Shown in pieces: positions 29,569-43,066 of a DNA stretch of 64,000 bases (the first letter of the stretch is position 1; each line of letters opens with the position of its first letter). This DNA comes from the human T2T-CHM13v2.0 reference genome, Homo sapiens: assembly GCF_009914755.1 (NCBI RefSeq), contig NC_060929.1; one strand, written 5' to 3'. The position numbers were made by a program, and so were the translations under genes. Below the pieces are notes generated by a model. It was not told the origin of the DNA. It made no database searches and saw only the letters and a program-made list of their open reading frames with translations.

Positions 29569-30949
29569 CTAATGTGGTACTTAAAATATTTCTTGTTTCA
29601 TCTCATTGTGCATTACAGTTTGCACAGAAAATGGGAACATAGTTAAAAGAAAAACCTTTTTCAATTATTGGAAATAGCAGAGAAACAACCTGCATTTATT
29701 CCATTTCACTTCTAACACAGGGGTTATCCCAAAAATGCAGTTCCAAGTGAAGGCAAACATAAATTCATAAATAAAATACTTGAACAGGGATAAAAGTAAT
29801 CCAGTTATCATGGGCTACCACCTCCCCCTCCACCAAGTGTACATCATTTGCTTCAAATTAAGACCTCTCCAGAGGGCTGAAGACATAGTCAAAATGATGA
29901 GAGAAAAGTATAATGAACAACAGGAAATTGGGAATTTCCTAATATTGGAATGAGATAAATGACAGAGAAGCTGCCTCTAATTCACAGTTTAACACACACC
30001 CTGATGTCTGCACCTTGATTTTGGGACTCAGAGTGACCCTGCATTAATATGTTTCTTATCTCTTTCAAACAACTTGCTGGAGCATCTTTCCAGGGATACA
30101 ATTGTGTTAGAGGAAAGAAAGTTTTTAAAACAATAATTCTTCTTTTACATTGACCTTTAAGATAGCCAGAATTTTCTACCTCATCATTGTTAACCTCCCT
30201 ACATAATAAAATAAGGTCTGAAATCTGCTTACTCTTAAAAAAAATAGTTATCACTAATACAGCATGTACTTTGGTTGAACTTAAGAGTCAGTATATGCCA
30301 TTAGTACTCAAGTTAAAAAAAAAAAAAGAAAACAATAATCAAATTTCCCTCTAATCTTGGATGGCAGCCTTCTGGAAGATTACTTGCATTAATTCAAAAT
30401 TTTACTGGGGCAGTATCAAAAAAGCACCATGGTGTCTCCAGTGGAATACCACCATAACTGAAAAGCATAACATTAGACAAAATAACTGCCTGCATATGTA
30501 TGTAAGTGAGTACAGCAGTACCTTCATAGGCAGTTGAATATATAACCACAGGATCATTCAGGGTTTGTGCCAACCGAAAAGTCTTTCCTGGTGATTTGCT
30601 GTCTTTCCATTGTAATCCTCCTATTTCTCCATTCCTTTCTAAATGAAAGAAGAGGGAGGAGTGGTGGGCCAGACCAGGTGGAATTCCACCTTCTAACTGC
30701 CTGCTCCCAGCTTCCTTGCTGTCCATCTAAGATTAGCTGACCAGTTTTCCTTCAAACATGGCCAACTCTAGCCATCTCACTGAAGAAACTTGATTGGCTC
30801 TGTCCAGATCTACAGATGGCTGAGGCAGTAGAAAAAGATATTTATTTAAAAGAATTTTTAAATAATACAGATAATATGGAGTAGATGCTATTGTATATAA
30901 TTTATATATATATAATGGAGGAAGTATGATAGAGGGGAAAGAGAACACA

Positions 30950-31100
30950 CATCAGAGTTTCAGCGTAAAGAAGGTATACCTAGGTTCAAATCTTGCTATG
31001 CCACCTATTAGGAGGTCATTATCTGTAAGCTGTGGTTTCTAATATTTACCTTAGAGAGGTATTGGGAGAACAAGAAGGGTTACACATATAGCTGAAGAAA
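30950..31100 (+). mobile_element. MIR SINE remnant
   Basis: ACCTAGGTTCAAATCTTGCTATGCCAC...TACCTTAGAGAGGTATTGGGAGAA. Confidence 0.55.
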
Positions 31101-31106
31101 TGGCAG

Positions 31107-31165
31107 TTACTACTACTGCCACTACTACCACTACTACTACTATTACTATTACTACTACTACTACT
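31107..31165. repeat. (TAC)n imperfect trinucleotide repeat
   Basis: Direct reading. Confidence 0.9.
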
Positions 31166-32281
31166 GGTGAGGATGATGATAATTGAACAATGTCACAAAG
31201 CACACTGGGTTTTTATCCCATTACCTCATTCCCTTGCTAGGTTTTTATTCCATTACCTCAAGCTCTGAGTGTAAGTAGCAGACTTTGCTCTGTACTATCA
31301 CTCTGGGGCATTTGCCATCTGCAGCTCAACCAAAGATGGCTGTCATCACCATAAAGATGTATTGTTCATAAAGCAAGAAAACTTTGCATTATTTCAAAAA
31401 ACACCATACTTCTTCAGTCATCAAAGTACAGGTTCATACCAAAAGAGCCTCATTCCATACTTTCTTGAATTTCTTTAATGAGATTGTTTCTAAAATTCGC
31501 TCAATTTAAAATTTACTTCAAAATAGCTTTTAAATATTCCTGTCAAATTAACTTAAATGCAATTTTTTTCTTTAACAATTAAGCAGTTGAGTCATATCCC
31601 TCTGGGAAATATATTCCAATCTCTAAAACTTATATTTTTAGCTCATCTTTTTTTTTTTTTTGCTTTTCTTACATAATGAAGTGTAGTCATTATCTTTTCC
31701 ATTTTGCTTATTTGAAAATAACTAACCTTGAGTATTTGAATAAAATATATTTTGACCTTAAAAAACACACACACACATTTCCATGGATGTCTCAAATCAG
31801 TACATGTGCTCCTTAAGGAACTGCTTCCCTTGCATGCCTTAAGTAAGAGCTTTAGCATAAGAAGCTGAGTGTACCAGGGCTGGCAGCCCAGGAGGTATGG
31901 AACCATTGCTGCAAACACCCACAGAGATAGCATCAGGCTGCAGGCAAATTGTAATCCGGCAAAGAGTGTTTTCTTCTATATTTGTCTCCTTAAAACCATG
32001 AAGATCAGCTTTAAAATGTAGTTCTCTATAAAAAGGAAAAAAACAAAAACAAAAAAAGACAAAACAACAACAAACAAATAAAATGCAGTTATCCTAAGAT
32101 TCATTTTTCATATGATATTTATTTAATCACCTAATACTTCGGTTTGATGTCTCACTGCATAGCAAACACATTCTTCTATACCCATCAGCTTGTGTTGCTA
32201 AAGAAAATTATGATTTGTGAGAAATATATCCTGGAACCACAAGTCTAAGGATGTCAGTTTAATCTCTTATATATATATACA

Positions 32282-32405
32282 TTTTAATAGAGACAAGGTC
32301 TCTGTATGTTGCCCAGGGTGGTATTGAACCCCTGAGCTCAAGTGATTCTCCTGTCTCAGCCTCTCAAAGTGCAGGGATTACAGGTGTGAGCCATTGCCCT
32401 GGGCT
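32282..32405 (-). mobile_element. FLAM / Alu left monomer
   Basis: AGAGACAAGGTCTC...GAGCTCAAGTGATTCTCC...GAGCCATTGCCCTGGG. Confidence 0.85.
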
Positions 32406-32792
32406 GAGTCTATGTTTTTTACCCAAAGACATCAGTGTTTATCTAAAGTGTCTGGGTTATCCTAGGGACCACAAGGTGTCTCCGGAAGTCACCCTCAGAG
32501 CCTTACATTCCTTCCCAACCCCCTTCCACATAGAAGGAAAAATAGGCAACAGCAGCACTCTTCCTTATCTGGTAAAACTACTGCTCAAATGCAGAGGGAA
32601 AAATATCACTCAACTTGTCTGTAAGAGCAAGTTAACTACTGAAAAATAAAAGGGGAAATTAAAGTGAATTTCAAAATAAAAGAATATATAGTTGCCTCTC
32701 AATGGAAAGGGAAATTAGGACATGTAGTTTGACAGAAACAACATTGATTCCCTTCATCTAAGTTAATTAATCTGTAAAAGTAAAAAGAAAGG

Positions 32793-33138
32793 TTTAATGG
32801 ACTAAATGTTTGTGTCTCTCCAAAAATTCATGTGTGGCAACCCTAATCCTGATGTGGTGGTATTTGGAGGTGGGGCCTTTGAGAGATAATTGGGTCATGA
32901 GGGTGGAACCTTCATGAACGGGATTAGTGCCCATATAAGAAGAGGCCAGAAAGCCAGTTTGCTCTCTTTCTGCCCTGTGAGAGTACAATGAGAAGATGCA
33001 AGAACATGGAAGAACTCAACCTTGCTGGCACCCTCATCTTACACATCTTAGACTTCCAACCTCTAGGACTGTGAGGAATAAACTTCTACTATTTATAAGC
33101 AGCATGTGGCACTTTGTTAAGGCAGCTGAACCAAGACA
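32793..33138 (+). mobile_element. MLT1A-like MaLR LTR
   Basis: ATGGACTAAATGTTTGTGTC...GGAGGTGGGGCCTTTG...GGGATTAGTGCCC...CTGAACCAAGACA. Confidence 0.85.
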
Positions 33139-33339
33139 GATGGCAACACCCACAGTGAGCTAATGAAAAAAAGGAACCTAAGCAAAAACTATTAAGGGAG
33201 AAAAGCAGAGCCAGAACATGAATGATCAGGCTACAGAAACACCTTCTAGGGCTACAAGGGTTATTCAAATGGACAGTGCTGAGCAAGGGAGAAAGTTTAT
33301 ACTTATTCCATATCTACATATATCGGGTACAAATCTGTG

Positions 33340-33663
<324 letters not shown>

Positions 33664-34299
33664 AGATCTGTGTATTTTTTCATGCATTAACTCAAAAAAG
33701 TAAATAATATATAATGTCTTTAATCAATTAATGAGCAAATTAAAGTTCAGAGAGATTAAGTACTTTCCTAAGATCACAAAAATACTAAGCAGAAATTGCT
33801 TTTAAAACCAGGTCCCCACCCTGATTTTAAAGCCTGTTTTCTCTCTATTGCAACACTGATTCCAAAGGGGAAGTCTATTACGTGTAGCACTGGACAACTT
33901 TCACAGAGAAGGCAAAGTAAATTCTCAGGATATTAGGACTCTTGGCATTTCCAAGGATTTCCAGTAATTGGTGCTGTTTCTCCCTACAGCCATATGTTCC
34001 TACCCCCAGAGGTCTGAACTCCTAATAGTGGAAAATAAAGTTTGCCCCATAGGCATTCATGATGCAAGATGTCAAAGTCCGAATAAAGACATGTGAAGTT
34101 TCCCAAAAAGATACAAATTTCAAAAAATGAGATTTATCTGCTAAAAGTCTTAAAATGAAAAAAAGAAATAAAAAATGACATTTGTGAGATTTTGAGAATT
34201 TAAAATAAAAATTGTTTAAAAATTAGCAAATGATTTAATAATAATAAAATTAGGATTTTCAAAGTCAGTGATATAATTTCTACCCATAGAAACACAGGA

Positions 34300-34321
34300 A
34301 TATATATATATATATATATAT
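34300..34321. repeat. (TA)n microsatellite
   Basis: Direct reading. Confidence 0.9.
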
Positions 34322-34828
34322 GTTAAGTATTCTACTAGGCACTTCCAGTAAGCATTTGTGAAATACATTAGTTAAACATTGGACGTAACAAAAATATTCA
34401 AAAAAGGAACAAAAGCAATATCAGAGGGCCTCTGGTCCAAGCATTATTTTATTTTAACATACTGCAGCTAAGGTTAGCTGATTAAACACCCAAATGACAA
34501 TTTCTTAAATAGATTTTTACTTTAGCCCATGAATGAGAACTCTGTTGCATGTGTTGGCTGGGCAATTCTCCCTACAGTCACAACCTGGTCACAAGGTAAA
34601 AATGTGTTTTCTACATGTTAAATCCTTCCCTCTGCCAATTTCCTTGTATGTAGAAAATACATATATTTTTTTCACTTAAAAACATTCTAAAAAATTGAAC
34701 TTGGCTTCTGAAACTAGCCTACAAAAGGGAGAGCGGAAATGAAACTTTATGTGTTGTTATCTTTCATTTACAGATGAAGAAATGCTCATCAAAAGTCCAA
34801 CAGAACCAGAAGTCCATGTCCTGGAGAC

Positions 34829-35042
34829 CAATGGTTCTCCTGTGGGCAATTTTGTCCCCATAAGGAGACACTTAGCAATGCCTGGAGATATTTTTGTTTG
34901 TCACAACTAAGAGGGATGATACCAGCATCTTATGGGTAGAGGCCAAGGATCCAGCTAAACATCTTACAATGACAGGACAGCCTCTCACAGCACAGGATTA
35001 TCCTATCCAAGATATCAATAGTTCCACTGTTGAAAAACTGTG
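34829..35042 (+). mobile_element. MER20 hAT-Charlie MITE
   Basis: CAATGGTTCTC...GCAATGCCTGGAGATATTTTTGTTTGTCACAACT...GGGTAGAGGCCAAGGAT...GCTAAACATCTTACAATG. Confidence 0.88.
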
Positions 35043-35114
35043 GTCTGAAAGATAAACTCACACTTTTTATGCTGCATCAAGCAGCCCTTCCATAATGTAG
35101 TGCAAGCATTATGA

Positions 35115-35415
<301 letters not shown>

Positions 35416-36284
35416 GCATTATGATTTTTTAAAAAGGTAGCTCTCAAAAGCACAGACTCTCCAACCACTCATTATCCATCTTGCTTCCCATCCTTTTTAT
35501 TTTTTCTTAAATACATTTTTACTTAAGTATAGCATACAGAAAAAAAATGGCACACATCATAAGTGAACAGCTCAAATAGTTTTTACGAAGTTAACAGGCC
35601 TCTGTAATCATCACAAAGATTAAGATAGAGAATATTTCTACCACCCCGAAAACTCTCTTTCCAGGCACCAAAGCTCCCCACCAAAGATACTCACTATCCT
35701 GACTTCCAACACATAGAGTACTTTTGCCTGTATTTTAACCTTGTATAGATAAAATCAGGCAAGTATGAATGATTTGCTTAACATTACAGCTATAATGTTA
35801 TTTCATGAAATCATAGTTTATCTTCATTGATGTATAGTGTTCTATTGAGCATATATACCATGATATTTTTATCTACATATGGTCTATTTCTGGATATTAT
35901 CATTACCAATAGGACAATTACGAATATTTTGGTCAAGTGTCTATTGGTGAACGAATGTACACCTTTCGTGGTGTGGAATTCCTGGGTCATAGAGTACTCA
36001 CATGATCACCTTTAACATATACTGCCAAATTTTTTTTTTTTCAAAGCAGTTTATCACTTTACCTCCCTGGAAAAAGTGTATGACATTTTCAGTTGCTCCA
36101 TATCCTTGTCAATTCTTAGTAGACTCTCTCATACTCTCCCTCTCTAAGTTTAGTCTTTTTAAGTGTTTCGATAGAGGTGTCTGAATGTGATTTTAATATG
36201 TATTCCCAGGTACCAAATGATGCTGGATACTTTTTTTATTCAACATATTGTGCTTTTCTTATTGACATAAACTCTCTGCTGATA

Positions 36285-36577
36285 TTTTATTTTAAAGACA
36301 GGACCTTGCTCTGTCAACCAGGCTGGAGTGCAGTGGTGAGATTATGGCTCACTGCAGCCTCAACATGCTGGGTTCAATCAATCCTCTTACCTCAGCCTCC
36401 CTAGTAGCTAGGACCACAGGCGCTGTGCCACCACGAGTGGATAATTTTTGTATTTTTTGTAGAGACAGGGTTTTGCCATGTTTCCCAGGCTGATCTCAAA
36501 CTCCTGGGCTCAAGCAATCTACCCACCTCCGCCTCCCAGTGTTCTGGGACTACAGATATGAGCCACTGCGCCCAGCC
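36285..36577 (-). mobile_element. AluJ SINE
   Basis: Antisense dimer, CTCCTGGGCTCAAG; degenerate TSD. Confidence 0.9.
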
Positions 36578-37352
36578 CTCTACTGGTATTTTAGATAATA
36601 AATATATGCCCCTACTCAGTAACTTGTGTTTTCATTTTTGTAATGGTATATTTTAATAAAGACAAGTTCTTAATTTTAATGCACTCCAGTTTTCTAGTCT
36701 TTTCTATTTATTCCTTATGTTCTCTGTTTAAGGCATTTTTGCCTAATGCAAGGCCACACAGATATTGTATATTTTATTGTATACTGGCTTTTTTGTTTCA
36801 TCTTTTACATAAAAATCTACAACTAACTTAGAATTGATTTTACCTATGGTGTGAGGCAGGAGTCAAGAGTTATTATTTTTCCACATGGTAATTCAACTGG
36901 CCCAGCATGATTTGTTTTCTCACTGCTCTGCAATTCCACCTTTGTCACAAATCAAATCTCCATTTAGATGTCGGTCTGGTTTTGAACTACTTTGTCCCAT
37001 TAGTGTATTTGTGTATCCTGTGGCAATTGCATATTGTCTCAATTACTGTAGCTTCATAGCAATTCTTGACATCCGATAGTGTAAGTCACACAGTCATACC
37101 ACTTTATTCTTTTCTTTCAACATTGTCTTTAAAATTTTTGACCCTTTTCTTTTCTGTATACATTTTAGAATCAAAATTTGCCAAAATTTACCCTGTAAAG
37201 TTGCTTGGATTTTATTTAAGATTACAGTTATTCTATAGATCAATTTGGAAAAACTAACATGCTAACAATATAAATTCTTTTAATCCATAAGCATGATAAC
37301 CCCTTCATTTATTTAGCTATACTTTAATTTCTCCTAATAAAATTCTATTGTT

Positions 37353-37744
<392 letters not shown>

Positions 37745-39824
37745 CTATAATATTTTAATTTTAATTTTACTCTTGTTGATAGAATATAAAATCTTAACTG
37801 ATACTTGTATTTTAACCTTGCACCCTGCAAATTTGCTTAATTCATTTATTTTAATTGTTTAATAGATATTCTATATAAGCTATCATTTGAGTGCAAATAA
37901 TGACAGTGTTTTTATCTTTTCCTTCTTTATGTGTCCACTTATAACTTCTTATTGTAGCCACATTACACTGGCCAGGACCTCTAATATAATGCTGATAGAA
38001 GTGATAATAAGGTCATCTTATTTTGCCCCTTATCATAGGGTGAAAGGTTTCAATAATTCAACATCAAGAATGGCATTTGTTTTAGGTTTCCAAATATGGA
38101 TATGTATAGATCAGAGTAAGAAAGTCTTCTTCTATTCCCGGTTTGCCAAGCATTTTGTTTTGCGTTTTATCATGACTGCTGAAATTTATCAAATTTTTTT
38201 GCATCTATTCAGATGATCATCTGATTATTCTTTTGTTGGTAATGTGGTAAAAATTGGCTTTTGAATTTTAAAACAATAAACCCAATATGGTAATGATGTA
38301 TTACTTTTGCATATATTATTTAATTTGATTTGCTAATATTTTGTTAGCCTATTGCATCTCTGTTTACATCATAAACAAGTTGAGGTTTTTTTCTATTTTC
38401 AGAAATACTATGTGTAAGATAGATATTTCTTTTTCCCTAAATGTTAAAAATAATTCCCTGGTGAAGCCATCTGAGCCTGGAGTTTTCTTGGTTTTTGTTT
38501 GTAAGAGTAGCTTTTAAAGTATAGATTTAATAAGTATAAATTATACCAATAACCTTCTCATTTTTGTTTCAGTTTTGAAATGTATATATTAGGAAATATT
38601 CACATTCACCTCGATTTTCAAATGTTATTAAATTCATTACATTCTTTTATTTACTAACATTTTAATGTCTGTGAGATATTTCCTATAATATTTCTGTGTT
38701 TTTCCTTTATTTCAATCTTGAAAAAGTTTTAAATTTTATCTTTTTAAAGAATCAATTTTGGTTTTTTGATTTTCTCGTGAACATTATGTGTTGTTTATTT
38801 TTCATTCATTTCTGTTCTATGTTTATTATTTTATTCTTTCTACTTTTTCTGGGCATAATTTTTTGTTCTTTTTCTGTCATATTGAGTTGTATATTTAGGT
38901 CATTTGAGTTTTTTAACTCTTTTCTTAGCATATGCATTTAAGACATACTCTATATTTATATTTTACATATATTTCCCTTTAAGCAATACTTTCACATTAC
39001 CTCAAAACTCTTAATATGTCACATCTTCACTATCATTTAGCTCAAAATGTTTTGAGGGATAGTGTAAGTCATAGTCATACAACAAGTTTATCGCTTTTTG
39101 GAAATTAAGCAATACATTTCTAAAAATATTGATCAAATTTTTGTTATAGGACCAAAGTGTATTGTTTAATTTCCAAAAACTTGAGAGATATCTTATTTAT
39201 CACTTGTTATTTGTTTCTAGCTTTATTATACTTTAGAAACTACCCTCTATGAATTTAATTCTTTCACATTTGTAGAGACTTAATTTTTGGCCCAGCATGT
39301 ATTCAAGTTTGATAAGTGCTCCATGTGCTCTTGAATAGAATTTGTATTCTATAGATATTGAGTGTTATGTTTTACATAAGTCTGTTGAGTCAAGTCTGTG
39401 ATCAAGTTATCAAGTTGTTTAAATCTTCTATGTATTTGCTGATTTTTTTTTCTGATTGCTTTGTTAGTTACTGAGAGAAGTGTCTTAAAATCTCTCACTG
39501 TATTTGTGGGTTTGCCTACTTTTTCATTTAGTTTGGTCATTTTTGCTTTACATGTTTTGAGACTATTTTATTCACTATGTATACAGTTTGAATTGTTATA
39601 TTTTTCTGATGGATTAAACATTTTATCTATGCAAACTTTCCTTTACGTTTATTAAAATTTGGTCAAATACTAACATAGGCATACCAATACTCTTTGGGTT
39701 ACTGTTTCCTTTGTATATCTTTTTATCTTTTTCTTTTACTTCTCCTATATTTTTATTTTTAACGTGTTTCTTTTGTAAGCAGATATGATTTTTAAATCTA
39801 CTGACAATAATTTTAATTGACATA

Positions 39825-40125
39825 TTTATATATAATATAATTTAATTTATGTTATATGTAACTTATACAAAAATAGAATATATAAAATATAAAATACATA
39901 TTTATATATTTTATATTTATAAAATGTAGTTATATAAACATATGTATATAAAATACAATTAATGATATATTTAGATTTAAATCTACCATCTCTATTATCT
40001 ATATAATGTATAGACACATACACTTATGTACACACACAATCATGCATATAATGATATTTTGATAGATGATGAACTGCATATAAGCCTGTATTAATGTATT
40101 AAATATTAAATTTTAAATATTAAAC
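39825..40125. repeat. AT-rich low-complexity tract
   Basis: TATA/ATATAAAAT-rich degenerate sequence. Confidence 0.75.
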
Positions 40126-41363
40126 ATGTAAAAAGCTGAAACTGGATCCCTTCCTTACACCTTATACAAAAATTAATTCAAGATGGATTAGAGATTTAAA
40201 TGTTAGACCTAAAACCATAAAAACCCTAGAAGAAAACCTAGGCAATACCACTCAAGACATAGGCATGGGAAAGGACATCATGACTAAAACACTCAAAGCA
40301 ATGGCAACAAAAGCCAAAATAGACAAATGGGATCTAATTAAACTAAAGAGCTTCTGCACAACAAAAGAAACTATCATCAATGTAAACAGGCAACCTACAG
40401 AATGGGAGAAAATTTTTGCAATCTACCCATCTGACAAAGGACTAATATCCAGAAACTACAAAGAACTTAAACAAATTTACATGAAAAAATCAAACAACCC
40501 CATCAAGAAGTGGGTGAAAGATATGAACAGACACTTCTCAAAAAAAGACATTTATGCAGCCAACAGACACATGAAAAAATGCTCATCATCACTGGCCATC
40601 AAAGAGATGCAAATCAAAACCACAATGAGATACCATCTCACACCAGTTACAATGGTGATCATTAAAAATTCAGGAAACAACAGGTGCTGGAGAGGATGTG
40701 GAGAAATAGGAACGCTTTTACACTGTTGGTGGGACTGTAAACTAGTTCAACCATTGTGGAAGACAGTGTGGCGATTCCTCAAGGATCTAGAACTAGAAAT
40801 ACCATTTGACCCAGCCATCCCATTACTGGGCATGTACCCAAAGGATTATAAATCATGCTGCCATAAAGACACATGCACAGGTATATTTATTGCAGCACTA
40901 TTCGCAATAGCAAAGACTTGGAACCAACCCAAATGTCCATCAATGATAGACTGGATTAAGAAAATGTGGCACATATACAGCCATAAAAAATACTATGCAG
41001 CCATAAAAAAGGTTGGAATACTATGCAGCCATAAAAAGGATGAGTTCATGTCCTTTGTAGGGACATGGATGAAGCTGGAAACCATCATTCTCAGCAAACT
41101 ATCGCAAGTACAGAAAAGCAAACACCACATGTTCTCACTCATAGGTGAGAACTGAACAATGAGAACAGTTGGACACAGGGTGGGGAACATCAGACACCAG
41201 GGCCTGTTATGTGATGGGGGGAGGGGGGAGGGATAGCATTAGGAGATATACCTAACGTAAATAACGAGTTAACAGGTGCAGCACACCAACGTGGCACATG
41301 TATACATTTGTAACAAACCTGCATATTGTGCACATGTACCCTAGAACTTAAAGTATAATAAAA
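40126..41363 (+). mobile_element. 5'-truncated L1PA5/L1PA6 (ORF2 C-terminal 296 codons open, plus 3' UTR)
   Basis: ORF 40265-41155 is the ORF2p C-terminus ([18 protein letters not shown]...LIGEN); 3' UTR TTAGGAGATATACC...CACACCAAC; no clear TSD. Confidence 0.93.
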
Positions 41364-41561
41364 TATATATATATCTTTAATGATTAACTCAAGAGGTTAC
41401 AATGTGCATCCTAGAGAGTGCAAGGCCCTTAGAACACATTAAACCTATTTGCCCCCTTTTCCACCTTTTATCCAATTTTGTCATATATTTTCATTCTACA
41501 CTCCTTGCAAACCCCCCACAATCCTGTTATTGTTCTTTACATTAGAAGTTCATTTGAAAAC

Positions 41562-41640
41562 GAGAGGATTGCTTGAGGCCAGGAGTTCAAGACCAGCCTG
41601 GGCCATAGCAAGACCCTGTCTCTACAAAAAAAATAAAAAT
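41562..41640 (+). mobile_element. Alu/FLAM fragment
   Basis: GGATTGCTTGAGGCCAGGAGTTCAAGACCAGCCTGGG...CTCTACAAAAA. Confidence 0.85.
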
Positions 41641-41990
41641 TTAAACAATTTAAAAAATAAAATAGAAATGCTTTCTAATGTATTCCTATATTTATCTTCC
41701 TTGTTGTTTTTCATTATTGTCTGCATTTCTATGCATTTTCTTGAGACTATTTTTCTTCTACTTGAAGAAATCTCTTTAATTTTTTTAGGTCTGCTGATGA
41801 AAAATCTTCTCAATTTTTGGTGGTCTATAAAATTATTCACCAATTATAAAATTCCAGGTGGTGTATTTTCTTTAAAAAAATTAAAGAAATATGTTCATTG
41901 CCTTTTGAATTCCATCATTTTTTCAGAGAAGTTGACTGCTCATTTATTGGGGTTCCTTTGAAAGTGATGTAACATTTATCTCTAGTTCCC

Positions 41991-42283
41991 TTTTTCTGTT
42001 TGTTTATTTGGTTTTTTTGTTTGTTTGATACAGGATCTTACTCAGTTGCCCAGACTAGAGTGGAGTGGTGTGATCTCCACTCACTGAAACCTTCAACTCC
42101 TAGTCTCAAGTGACTGTTTCACTCAAGCCTCTTGAGTGGCTGGGGCTACAGATGGGTGCCACCACACCCAGTTAATTTTTGTATTTTTTTTGCAGAGATG
42201 GGGTTTCACCATGTTGTCCAAGCCGGTCTCTGTGGGCTCAAGTGATCTGCGTGCCTCAGCCTCCTAAAGTGCTGGAACTACAG
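41991..42283 (-). mobile_element. AluJ SINE (slightly 5'-truncated)
   Basis: Diverged antisense dimer with (TTTG)n tail. Confidence 0.88.
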
Positions 42284-42647
42284 AGTTCTTTCTAGCTTTG
42301 GTTTTCATCTGTTTAGGTAAAAATGTGTCTACTTGTTTTATTTCTCCCTACCCTCCCTGACTTGGGTTTTACAGAACTTCTTTAATCCTGGGCTTGACAT
42401 TTTTCATTGGTTTTGAAAAACTCTTAGCTATTATCTCTAGGTACTGTTTCTTCCCCCCTTTTTCTCTTCACTTCTTCTGGGACTATAATTACAAGCATGT
42501 CATTTTCCACTATGCCCCCTATGTTGTGCATGCTGTTTTCTGTATATGTTCTTGTTATTGATGTTTCAATCTATACATTTTCTACTGACCTATATTCTAC
42601 CTCAAAAATCTTTTCTTCACATGTGTCTAATTATTATTAAACCATTA

Positions 42648-43066
42648 GTTACTTTCTTGGGGATGCTGTAACAAATTACCACCAACTTGGTGGCTTAAAA
42701 ACAGAAATTTACTCTCCCACAGTTCAGAAGGCTAGGAGTCTGAAATTAAGGTGATGACAGGACTATGTTCTCTCAGGAAGCCCCTTCTATAATCTAGTTG
42801 TTCCAAGTATTCTTTGGTTTATGGCTGTGAAATTCTAATTTCTGCCTTCATCTTCATGTGGCTTTCTCCTCCTGTACCCCATTTCTCTCTCCTCTGTATG
42901 TCCCTTATACAGATCTTTTCATTGGATTTAGGGCCCACCCAGATAATCCAGGATGATCTCATCTAGAGATGCTTAATAACATCTGTAAAGACCCTTTCTC
43001 CAAGTAAGTTTTGGATGTTAGGATGTGGACCGTATCTTTTGGGAGGACATCATTCAGCCCACTGCA
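42648..43066 (-). mobile_element. MLT1B/C MaLR LTR
   Basis: GCTGTAACAAATTACCAC..CTTGGTGGCTTAAAA...GGATTTAGGGCCCACC..ATAATCCAGGATGATCTC. Confidence 0.88.

Noticed and set aside
30394-30726. 110-aa ATG-initiated minus-strand ORF in unique sequence
   Set aside because: No recognisable domain or supporting gene structure; an ORF this long is expected by chance in 64 kb. Only Ribo-seq or PhyloCSF could rescue it.
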